Positions 7,415 to 14,467 of a stretch of DNA of 32,000 nt are shown piece by piece. The stretch spans positions 3,570,001 to 3,602,000 of the forward strand of contig NZ_LN831024.1 in assembly GCF_001457615.1 (NCBI RefSeq), in the 5' to 3' direction. Within the stretch, counting starts at the first letter, position 1, and every line of letters starts with the position of its first letter. Below the pieces are notes generated by a model, which searched no databases, was not told the DNA's origin, and worked only from the letters and a program-made list of their open reading frames with translations. This DNA is from Pseudomonas aeruginosa (GTDB taxonomy: Bacteria; Pseudomonadota; Gammaproteobacteria; Pseudomonadales; Pseudomonadaceae). The position numbers and the translations under genes are program-made.

Positions 7415-8110
7415 ATGATCGATCTCAGCACCTGGAACCTTACCATTCCCACCGAACCCACCCCGCAGGTGATCACCACCCAGCAACTCAACAACGGCTA
7501 CCAGAGCCGGTACTTCCAGCAAGGCAACGATGGCGGCCTGGTCTTCTGGGTGCCCATCGACGGCTCGCACACCGAGGACAGCACCTATCCTCGCACCGAA
7601 CTGCGCGAAACCCAGGCCGACGGCAGCCTCGACAACTGGTACTACTGGCAGGCCGACAACGAACTGCGGGTGACCATGAGCGTCGAGAAGGTCCCCTCGA
7701 AGAACAAGGTGATCATCGGCCAGATCCACAGCAAGTCGCCACAGACCGACGACGGCGAACCTCTGGTGAAGCTGCAGTACTACTACAAGCCCGAGGAAGG
7801 CCTCGGCCGGGTCGAGGCGCTGGTACGCAACCACCCGGACGATTCCTATAGCCGCAACGTGTCGATCCTCGAGCAGGTACGCCTGGGCGAGCGTTTCAAC
7901 TACAGCCTGCGCGTCACCTCCAGCGGCGAGTTGGCGGTGCGCGCACGCAGCCAGGACGGCGAAGAGGACGCTTACTACCAGACCCTCGGCAGCGCCTGGA
8001 ACGACCAGTTGCTCTATTTCAAGGCCGGCGCCTACGTGAACGACAACGCCGGCGACAGCGGCGAAGGCAGCCGCGTGACCATCTACCACCTGAACACCGC
8101 CCATCGCTGA
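7415..8110 (+). CDS. polysaccharide lyase family 7 (alginate-lyase-like) protein, no signal peptide
   Basis: Carries the PL7 hallmark motifs RTELRE, IIGQIHS and YFKAGAYVN. AGGAG sits 9 nt upstream of ATG 7415; the in-frame ATG 7406 used by the track directly abuts the SD. Confidence 0.75.
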   Translation: MIDLSTWNLTIPTEPTPQVITTQQLNNGYQSRYFQQGNDGGLVFWVPIDGSHTEDSTYPRTELRETQADGSLDNWYYWQADNELRVTMSVEKVPSKNKVIIGQIHSKSPQTDDGEPLVKLQYYYKPEEGLGRVEALVRNHPDDSYSRNVSILEQVRLGERFNYSLRVTSSGELAVRARSQDGEEDAYYQTLGSAWNDQLLYFKAGAYVNDNAGDSGEGSRVTIYHLNTAHR

Positions 8111-8234
8111 AGCGCCGACGGCGCACGGACGCGCCGCCCCAGCCCTGTGCAAGCCCCCGACGCCTGCCACCGCGGCGTGCACGCCGACGCCATGGTTGTC
8201 CCTGCAACCGCTCTACGCCGCGCTTTCGACAACT

Positions 8235-8250
8235 TGGCAAAGAGCTTGCT
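8235..8250 (+). promoter_or_regulatory. sigma54 -24/-12 promoter of the nasA operon
   Basis: TGGCAA-agagc-TTGCT with correct GG-N10-GC spacing. The predicted TSS is near 8261, just before the leader hairpins. Confidence 0.65.
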
Positions 8251-8265
8251 ACGTCCTGCCTGACG

Positions 8266-8304
8266 GTAGCCAACGGCGGTTACCCATCCCCGACAAAGAC
8301 GTCG
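8266..8304 (+). promoter_or_regulatory. two tandem hexaloop hairpins (ANTAR/NasT-type RNA target) in the nasA leader
   Basis: Hairpin 1 (8266-8283): GTAGCC-AACGGC-GGTTAC. Hairpin 2 (8291-8304): CGAC-AAAGAC-GTCG. Both loops are 6 nt with A at position 1 and G at position 4. Hairpin 2 overlaps the 5' arm of the downstream terminator. Confidence 0.55.
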
Positions 8305-8350
8305 CGCGGCCTCTCCTTCCCGGCAGAGGCCCGTGGCGTCTTCGTCGTTT
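8296..8350 (+). terminator. leader terminator/attenuator upstream of nasA
   Basis: About 18 bp of imperfect stem (8296-8314 pairs with 8325-8342, one bulge, two G-U pairs, 10-nt loop). It is followed by the interrupted U-tract ttcgtcgtttc and lies 113 nt before the nasA ATG. Confidence 0.5.
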
Positions 8351-8462
8351 CGCCCCAGCGTCGGGGCGGGTGGGTGGTCCGCTGTCGGACGCTCACCTTG
8401 TAGCGATGCAACTTCCGCCGGGCGGCCGTTCCGCCCCGATTCCGCTGGATACGAGGTGTTCG

Positions 8463-9674
8463 ATGAACAACAGCTTCTGGAAGGCCGGCCATGCGCCGAC
8501 CCTGTTCGCGGCGTTTCTCTATTTCGACCTGAGCTTCATGGTCTGGTACGTGCTCGGCCCGCTGGGGGTGCAGATTGCCGGCGACCTGCAACTGAGCACC
8601 CAACAGCGCGCGATGATGGTCGCCACGCCGATCCTCGCCGGCGCCGTACTGCGCTTCCTGCTCGGCCTGCTGGCCGATCGCTGGTCGCCGAAGAGCGCCG
8701 GCATCCTCGCCCAGGTCATCGTCATCGCCGCCCTGGCGGCCGCCTGGCTGCTGGGCGTGAACAGCTATGCGCAGGCACTGCTGCTGGGGTTGTTCCTCGG
8801 CTTCGCCGGGGCATCCTTCGCCGTGGCCCTGCCGCTCGCATCGCAATGGTACCCGCCGCAACACCAGGGCAAGGCCATGGGCATCGCCGGCGCGGGCAAC
8901 TCCGGCACCGTGCTCGCCGCCCTCTTCGCCCCCGGCCTGGCCGCCGCGTTCGGCTGGAACAATGTGTTCGGCTTCGCCCTGCTGCCGCTCGTCCTGACCC
9001 TCCTGGTGTTCGCCATGGTCGCGCGCAACGCCCCGCAGCGGCCGGCGCCCAAGGCCATGGGCGATTACCTGAAAGCCCTCGGCGACCGCGACAGCTGGTG
9101 GTTCATGTTCTTCTACAGCGTCACCTTCGGCGGCTTCCTCGGCCTGGCCAGCACCCTGCCCGGCTATTTCCACGACCAGTACGGCCTGAACCCGGTGACC
9201 GCCGGCTACTACACCGCCGCCTGCGTCTTCGCCGGCAGCCTGATGCGCCCGCTCGGTGGCGCCCTCGCCGATCGCATCGGCGGCATCCGCAGCCTGCTGA
9301 TGGTATACACCCTGGCCGCCATCTGCATCGCCGCGGTCGGTTTCCACTTGCCCAGCGCGATGGCCGCCCTCGGCCTGTTCGTGGTCGCCATGCTCAGTCT
9401 CGGTGCCGGCAATGGCGCGGTGTTCCAGTTGGTACCGCAGCGCTTCCACAAGGAAATCGGCGTGATGACCGGGCTGATCGGCATGGCCGGCGGCATCGGC
9501 GGCTTCTGCCTGACTGCCGGCCTCGGCGCGATCAAGCAAAGCACCGGCGACTACCAGCTCGGCCTGTGGCTGTTCGCCAGTCTCGGCGTGCTGGCCTGGT
9601 TCGGCCTCCACGGGGTGAAGCGGCGCTGGCGCACCACCTGGGGCTCGGCCGCGGTCACCGCCGCGCGGGTCTGA
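8463..9674 (+). CDS. nasA: MFS nitrate/nitrite transporter (NarK/NasA family)
   Basis: ATG 8463 is preceded by GAGGTG. The 403-aa polytopic membrane protein (MNNSFWKAGHAPTLFAAFLYFDLSFMVWYVLGPLG...) is typical of NNP-family MFS transporters. The upstream part of track ORF 8196.. is leader RNA. Confidence 0.9.
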   Translation: MNNSFWKAGHAPTLFAAFLYFDLSFMVWYVLGPLGVQIAGDLQLSTQQRAMMVATPILAGAVLRFLLGLLADRWSPKSAGILAQVIVIAALAAAWLLGVNSYAQALLLGLFLGFAGASFAVALPLASQWYPPQHQGKAMGIAGAGNSGTVLAALFAPGLAAAFGWNNVFGFALLPLVLTLLVFAMVARNAPQRPAPKAMGDYLKALGDRDSWWFMFFYSVTFGGFLGLASTLPGYFHDQYGLNPVTAGYYTAACVFAGSLMRPLGGALADRIGGIRSLLMVYTLAAICIAAVGFHLPSAMAALGLFVVAMLSLGAGNGAVFQLVPQRFHKEIGVMTGLIGMAGGIGGFCLTAGLGAIKQSTGDYQLGLWLFASLGVLAWFGLHGVKRRWRTTWGSAAVTAARV

Positions 9675-9676
9675 GC

Positions 9677-11344
9677 GTGGGGCTGCGACTGAGCATCGGC
9701 GAGGCCAGCGCCTGCGGGCCTCGCACGGAAAACCAGGACGCGCTGCGGGTGGTCACCCCGGCGCCGGCCCTGGCCGCCAGCAAGGGACACCTGCTGGCCA
9801 TCGCCGACGGTGTCAGCCAGTGCGCCGATGGCGGCCTGGCGGCGCGCAGCAGCCTGCAAGCGCTGGCCCTGGATTACTATGCGACTCCGGAAACCTGGGC
9901 CATCGTGCAGTCCCTGGACCGCCTGCTGCTGGCGCAGAACCGCTGGCTACAGGCCAACGGCGGCGGCCAGCCGCTGCTCACCACCCTCACCGCCCTGGTG
10001 CTGCGCGGCACCCGCTACACCCTGGCCCATGTCGGCGATTGCCGGGCCTACCTGTGGCGCGACGGCGAGTTGCTCCGGCAGACCAGCGACCACGTCTGGG
10101 AACAGCCGCACATGCAACACGTGCTGACCCGCGCCCTGGGACTGGACCAGCATCTGGTGGTCGACTATCTGGAAGGCGATCTGGAGCCCGGCAGCCAGTG
10201 GCTACTGGTCAGCGACGGCGTCTGGGCGACGCTGGGCGACAGCGGCATCCGCAGCATCCTGCGCAACGCCGAAGAGCCGCAGCGCAGCGCCGAGGCTCTG
10301 GTTCGCGCCGCCCACCTGGCAGGCAGCCAGGACAACGCCAGCGCCCTGCTGGTGCGCGTTGAAGCCGTGCCCGCAGGCAGCCTCGGCGACGCCCTCGCGC
10401 AACTGGGCCACTGGCCACTGCCGCCACCGCTGAAGCCCGACCAGCTCTTCGAAGGCTGGCGGGTCCGGCAGTTGCTCGGCGAATCCCGCCAGTCCCTGCT
10501 CTACCGGGTCGAGGATGGCCAGGGCCAACCCTGGCTGCTGAAGACCCTTCCCGCCGCACGTGCCGACGATCCGCTGGCAACCCAGGCCCTGCTGCTCGAG
10601 GAATGGTTCCTGCGCCGCGTCCAGGGCCGGCATTTCCCCGAGTTGCACGGATTGGTGCAGCGCCAGCATCTGTATTACCTGATGCGCGAGCACCCCGGAG
10701 AGACTCTCGCCGAGCGCTTGCGCAACCATGGCCCGCTGTCGCTGCCGGAGTGGCTGGGGCTGGCCAACCAGCTGCTGCACGGGCTTGGCCAGTTGCATCG
10801 ACGCAACCTGCTGCACCGCGACCTCAAGCCGGAAAATCTCCACCTCGGCCGCGACGGCGAGCTGCGCCTGCTGGATTTCGGCCTGGCCTGGTGTCCGGGA
10901 TTGTCGCGCGAAGACCCCCATCTGCTACCGGGTACGCCCAGCTACCTGGCGCCGGAGTGCTTCTCCGGCACCTCGCCCTCGGTGCGCCAGGATCTCTACG
11001 CCACCGGCGTCTGCCTCTACCAGGCGCTGACCGGGCGCTATCCCTATGGCGAGATCGAAGCCTTCCAGCACCCGCGCTTCGGTCGCCCCGTCCCGCCCAG
11101 CCGCTATCGCCCCGACCTGCCGGCCTGGATCGACGACCTGCTGCTGCGCGCCGTCGCCTGCGACCCCGCACAGCGCTTCGAGACCGCCGAGGAATGGCTG
11201 CTCTCGCTGCAACAGGGAGAAGCGTTGCCGGTCGCGGCGCCCCGCCCATTGCTGGAGCGCGAACCGCTGCAGACCTGGCGCGCCATCGCCCTGCTGTCCC
11301 TGGCCGCCAACCTGGCGCTACTCCTGGTCTGGCTGAAGGGCTGA
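9677..11344 (+). CDS. PP2C-type phosphatase / Hanks-type Ser/Thr kinase fusion with a C-terminal membrane anchor
   Basis: GTG 9677 lies 2 nt after the nasA stop. N-terminal PP2C motifs: RTENQD, IADGVS, VSDGVW, QDNASALLV. Kinase motifs: WLLKTL (Lys), HRDLKPENL, DFG, GTPSYLAPE, DPAQRF. The C-terminus is hydrophobic (WRAIALLSLAANLALLLVWL). 555 aa. Confidence 0.85.
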   Translation: MGLRLSIGEASACGPRTENQDALRVVTPAPALAASKGHLLAIADGVSQCADGGLAARSSLQALALDYYATPETWAIVQSLDRLLLAQNRWLQANGGGQPLLTTLTALVLRGTRYTLAHVGDCRAYLWRDGELLRQTSDHVWEQPHMQHVLTRALGLDQHLVVDYLEGDLEPGSQWLLVSDGVWATLGDSGIRSILRNAEEPQRSAEALVRAAHLAGSQDNASALLVRVEAVPAGSLGDALAQLGHWPLPPPLKPDQLFEGWRVRQLLGESRQSLLYRVEDGQGQPWLLKTLPAARADDPLATQALLLEEWFLRRVQGRHFPELHGLVQRQHLYYLMREHPGETLAERLRNHGPLSLPEWLGLANQLLHGLGQLHRRNLLHRDLKPENLHLGRDGELRLLDFGLAWCPGLSREDPHLLPGTPSYLAPECFSGTSPSVRQDLYATGVCLYQALTGRYPYGEIEAFQHPRFGRPVPPSRYRPDLPAWIDDLLLRAVACDPAQRFETAEEWLLSLQQGEALPVAAPRPLLEREPLQTWRAIALLSLAANLALLLVWLKG

Positions 11345-11346
11345 GT

Positions 11347-11363
11347 GGCACCAGCCCGGTGCG
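11347..11363 (+). promoter_or_regulatory. NtrC-type enhancer site (UAS)
   Basis: GGCACC-agccc-GGTGCG against the consensus TGCACC-N5-GGTGCA (5/6 + 5/6). It is centred about 95 bp upstream of the sigma54 promoter at 11448. Confidence 0.55.
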
Positions 11364-11447
11364 ACACGCCCCGGCACGGAGCAGAAAGACCGTGGGGAGC
11401 CCCCGCGTTATCCCTGCAAGGCCATGGAGATAGGCAATAGCGCAAGT

Positions 11448-11463
11448 TGGCACGGCGCCTGCT
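11448..11463 (+). promoter_or_regulatory. sigma54 -24/-12 promoter of the nirB leader/operon
   Basis: TGGCAC-ggcgc-CTGCT with GG-N10-GC spacing. It is known from the literature as the RpoN/NtrC-dependent promoter of the nirBD-nasC-cobA operon. Confidence 0.8.
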
Positions 11464-11496
11464 TTGGTTCTCCCGACAATCGACAACAAAGCGCCT

Positions 11497-11551
11497 GCCT
11501 CAACGACGAGGCGGCGTTTCCCGACCGAACGGGACCTGGACAAAGGCGTCC
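11497..11551 (+). promoter_or_regulatory. three tandem A..G hexaloop hairpins (ANTAR/NasT target candidates)
   Basis: 11497-11512: GCCTC-AACGAC-GAGGC. 11519-11534: TCCCG-ACCGAA-CGGGA. 11538-11551: GGAC-AAAGGC-GTCC. The last one overlaps the terminator 5' arm. Confidence 0.6.
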
Positions 11552-11583
11552 TGCTGGCAACAGCGGGACGCCTTTTTTGTTTG
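11542..11583 (+). terminator. intrinsic terminator in the nirB leader (antitermination target)
   Basis: aaaGGCGTCCTGCTG-gcaa-CAGCGGGACGCCttt gives a 12-bp GC-rich stem with one G-U pair, followed by TTTTTTGTTTG. It ends about 30 nt before the nirB ATG. Confidence 0.9.
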
Positions 11584-11611
11584 CGCCAACCTTATGCAGG
11601 AGCTCCTCCGC

Positions 11612-14062
11612 ATGAAGAAGATCAAGCTGGTGATGGTCGGCAACGGCATGGCCGGGGTCCGTACCCTGGAAGAACTGCTCAAGCTCAACTCGGACTTCTA
11701 CGACATCACGGTGTTCGGCGCCGAGCCCCATCCCAACTACAACCGCATCCTGCTGTCCCCGGTGCTGGCCGGCGAGCAGACCTTCGAGGAAATCGTCCTC
11801 AACGACCTCAACTGGTATGCGGAAAACGGCATCAAGCTCCTCCTCGACCGCAAGGTGGTGCAGATCGACCGGCTTCGCCGCAGGGTGGTCGCCGCGGACG
11901 GCAGCGAGGCCGAGTACGACCGCCTGCTGCTGGCCACCGGCTCGCTCCCCTTCATCCTGCCGATACCCGGCAATCGCCTGCAGGGCGTGATCGGCTACCG
12001 CGACATCGCCGACACCCAGGCCATGATCGACTGCGCCCGGACCCACAGCCACGCGGTGGTGATCGGCGGCGGCCTGCTCGGCCTGGAGGCGGCCAACGGC
12101 CTCAAGCAACGCGGCATGGACGTGACCGTCGTGCACCTCTCCGACTGGCTGCTGGAACGCCAACTGGACCGCACCGCCGGCAAACTCCTGCAAGGCGCGC
12201 TGGAAGCCCGCGGCATCCGCTTCCGCCTGAACACCCAGACCCAGGAACTGATGGACAACGGCAGCGGCCGGGTCTGTGCCGTGCAGTTCAACGACGGCGA
12301 CGTGATTCCCGCCGACCTGGTGGTAATGGCCGCCGGCATCCGCCCCAATACCGAGCTGGCCGAAAGCGCGGGCATCCCCTGCAACCGCGGCATCCTGGTC
12401 AACGACACCCTGCAGACCTACGACCCACGCATCTATGCGGTCGGCGAATGCGCCAACCACCGTGGCATCGCCTACGGCCTGGTTGCGCCGCTGTTCGAGC
12501 AGGCCAAGGTCTGCGCCAACCACCTGGCTCATCTCGGCTACGCCCGCTACCAGGGCTCGGTGACCTCGACCAAGCTCAAGGTGACCGGTATCGACCTGTT
12601 CTCCGCCGGCGACTTCATCGGCGGCGAAGGCAGCGAGACCATCACCCTTTCCGACCCCATCGGCGGCGTCTACAAGAAACTGGTGATCAAGGACGATGTA
12701 CTGGTCGGCGCCTGTCTCTACGGCGACACCGCCGACGGCGGCTGGTACTTCCGGCAGATCCGCGAGAACCACAACGTCGCGCAGATCCGCGACCACCTGA
12801 TGTTCGGCGAGAACGCCCTCGGCGATGTCGGCCACCAGGGCCAGAACAGCGCCGCGAGCATGCCCGACACGGCCGAAGTATGCGGCTGCAACGGCGTCTG
12901 CAAGGGCACCATCGTCAAGGCCATACAAGAACACGGCCTGTTCAGCGTCGACGAAGTCAAGAAACACACCAAGGCCGCCAGCTCCTGCGGCTCCTGCGCG
13001 GGATTGGTGGAACAGATCCTGATCAGCACCGTCGGCGGCGCCGCCGACGTCAAGCCGAAGAGCGAGAAGGCCATCTGCGGCTGCAGCGACCTCAACCACG
13101 GGCAGATCCGCAAGGCCATTCGCGAACACCGGCTGACCAGTCTCGACGCCGCCATGCGCTTCATGGACTGGAAGACCCCGAACGGCTGTGCCACCTGCCG
13201 CCCGGCCCTGAACTACTACCTGATCTCGACCTGGCCGGGAGAAGCCAAGGACGATCCGCAGTCGCGCCTGATCAACGAACGCGCCCACGCCAACATCCAG
13301 AAGGACGGCACCTACTCGGTGGTACCGCGGATGTGGGGCGGCGTGACCAACGCCGCCGAGTTGCGGCGCATCGCCGACGTCGCCGACAAGTACCAGGTGC
13401 CGATGGTCAAGGTCACCGGTGGCCAGCGCATCGACCTGCTGGGGGTGAAGAAGGACGACCTGCCGGCCATCTGGAAAGACCTCGACATGCCCTCCGGACA
13501 TGCCTACGGCAAATCCATCCGCACCGTGAAGACCTGCGTCGGCAGCGAATTCTGCCGCTTCGGTACGCAGAACTCGACGCAGCTGGGCATTGATCTGGAA
13601 CACGACCTGTTCAACATGTGGTCGCCGCACAAGGTCAAGCTGGCGGTCTCCGGCTGCCCGCGCAATTGCGCCGAGGCCGGGATCAAGGACGTCGGCATCA
13701 TCGGCGTGGACTCCGGCTGGGAGATGTACATCGGCGGCAACGGCGGGATCAAGACCGAGGTCGCGGAGTTCTTCGTCAAGCTCAAGACCGCCGAAGAAGT
13801 GCGCGAATACAACGGCGCCTTCCTCCAGCTCTACCGCGAGGAAGCCTTCTACCTGGAGCGCACGGTGCATTACCTGCAGCGGGTCGGCATGGAGCACATC
13901 CGCAAGGCGGTGGTCGAGGACGCGGAAAACCGCAAGGCGCTCAACGACCGCCTGCAATTCGCCCTGTCCTTCGAGCAGGACCCATGGAAGCAGCGCATCG
14001 AACAGCCGCAATTGAAGAAGGAGTTCGAACGGATTCCGCTCAAGCAACTGGAAAACGTCTGA
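11612..14062 (+). CDS. nirB: assimilatory NAD(P)H-nitrite reductase large subunit
   Basis: ATG 11612 with AGGAG 9 nt upstream. 816 aa: MKKIKLVMVGNGMAGV (FAD/NAD Rossmann), a BFD-like 2Fe-2S domain (CGCNGVCKGTIV...), and the sirohaem/4Fe-4S region (TCVGSEFCRFG...SGCPRNCAEA). Confidence 0.95.
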   Translation: MKKIKLVMVGNGMAGVRTLEELLKLNSDFYDITVFGAEPHPNYNRILLSPVLAGEQTFEEIVLNDLNWYAENGIKLLLDRKVVQIDRLRRRVVAADGSEAEYDRLLLATGSLPFILPIPGNRLQGVIGYRDIADTQAMIDCARTHSHAVVIGGGLLGLEAANGLKQRGMDVTVVHLSDWLLERQLDRTAGKLLQGALEARGIRFRLNTQTQELMDNGSGRVCAVQFNDGDVIPADLVVMAAGIRPNTELAESAGIPCNRGILVNDTLQTYDPRIYAVGECANHRGIAYGLVAPLFEQAKVCANHLAHLGYARYQGSVTSTKLKVTGIDLFSAGDFIGGEGSETITLSDPIGGVYKKLVIKDDVLVGACLYGDTADGGWYFRQIRENHNVAQIRDHLMFGENALGDVGHQGQNSAASMPDTAEVCGCNGVCKGTIVKAIQEHGLFSVDEVKKHTKAASSCGSCAGLVEQILISTVGGAADVKPKSEKAICGCSDLNHGQIRKAIREHRLTSLDAAMRFMDWKTPNGCATCRPALNYYLISTWPGEAKDDPQSRLINERAHANIQKDGTYSVVPRMWGGVTNAAELRRIADVADKYQVPMVKVTGGQRIDLLGVKKDDLPAIWKDLDMPSGHAYGKSIRTVKTCVGSEFCRFGTQNSTQLGIDLEHDLFNMWSPHKVKLAVSGCPRNCAEAGIKDVGIIGVDSGWEMYIGGNGGIKTEVAEFFVKLKTAEEVREYNGAFLQLYREEAFYLERTVHYLQRVGMEHIRKAVVEDAENRKALNDRLQFALSFEQDPWKQRIEQPQLKKEFERIPLKQLENV

Positions 14063-14114
14063 ATCCCTTGTCCGGGCCGTCCCACGGCGGCCCTCCCCCT
14101 ACCGGAGTGAACCG

Positions 14115-14441
14115 ATGAACTGGCTGGATATCTGCGCCCTCGATGAAATCAACCCGCTGGGCTCGCGCGTGGTCGCCGGCCCGAAAGGCGACATCGCCAT
14201 CTTCCGCGCCGCCGACGACCAGGTCTTCGCCCTCGATGACCGCTGCCCGCACAAGGGCGGCCCGCTGTCCCAGGGCCTGATCTACGGCAAGCGAGTGGCC
14301 TGTCCGTTGCACAACTGGCAGATCGAACTGGAGAGCGGCGAAGCCGTGGCCCCGGACCAGGGCTGCGCCCATCGCCACCCGGTGCGGGTGGAGAACGGAC
14401 GGGTGCTGCTCGGCCTGGACAGCGTGGCGCTGTGCGCCTGA
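14115..14441 (+). CDS. nirD: nitrite reductase small subunit (Rieske-like)
   Basis: 108 aa with GGAG as the SD. Sequence: MNWLDICALDEI...DDRCPHKGGPLSQG...CPLHNW. Confidence 0.9.
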   Translation: MNWLDICALDEINPLGSRVVAGPKGDIAIFRAADDQVFALDDRCPHKGGPLSQGLIYGKRVACPLHNWQIELESGEAVAPDQGCAHRHPVRVENGRVLLGLDSVALCA

Positions 14442-14467
14442 TCTCTCGCCGATAACAGGAGCCGAGC

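Larger units (their letters stand above)
11474..11583 (+). ncRNA. nalA: nirB leader RNA (NalA-type, sigma54-dependent), terminated leader transcript; 5' end inferred
   Basis: Runs from the predicted TSS about 12 nt after the -12 element to the strong terminator ending near 11583. It contains the hexaloop hairpins. The name is recalled from published P. aeruginosa work on NasT antitermination. Confidence 0.6.

Noticed and set aside
8166-8182. GCCACC-gcgg-CGTGCAC as an NtrC enhancer for the nasA promoter
   Set aside because: The half-site matches are weak and the spacer is one nucleotide off the TGCACC-N5-GGTGCA consensus. It is not strong enough to call without binding data.
8333-9676. N-terminal 448 codons of the 1003-aa ORF 8333..11344
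   Set aside because: This part overlaps nasA out of frame and translates to Arg/Pro-rich nonsense. PP2C homology begins only at the GTG at 9677, right after the nasA stop.
11408-14047. 879-aa minus-strand ORF
   Set aside because: Antisense shadow of nirB. It has no motifs and shows the compositional bias (A/G/V/D/L) expected from the complementary codon third-position GC skew.
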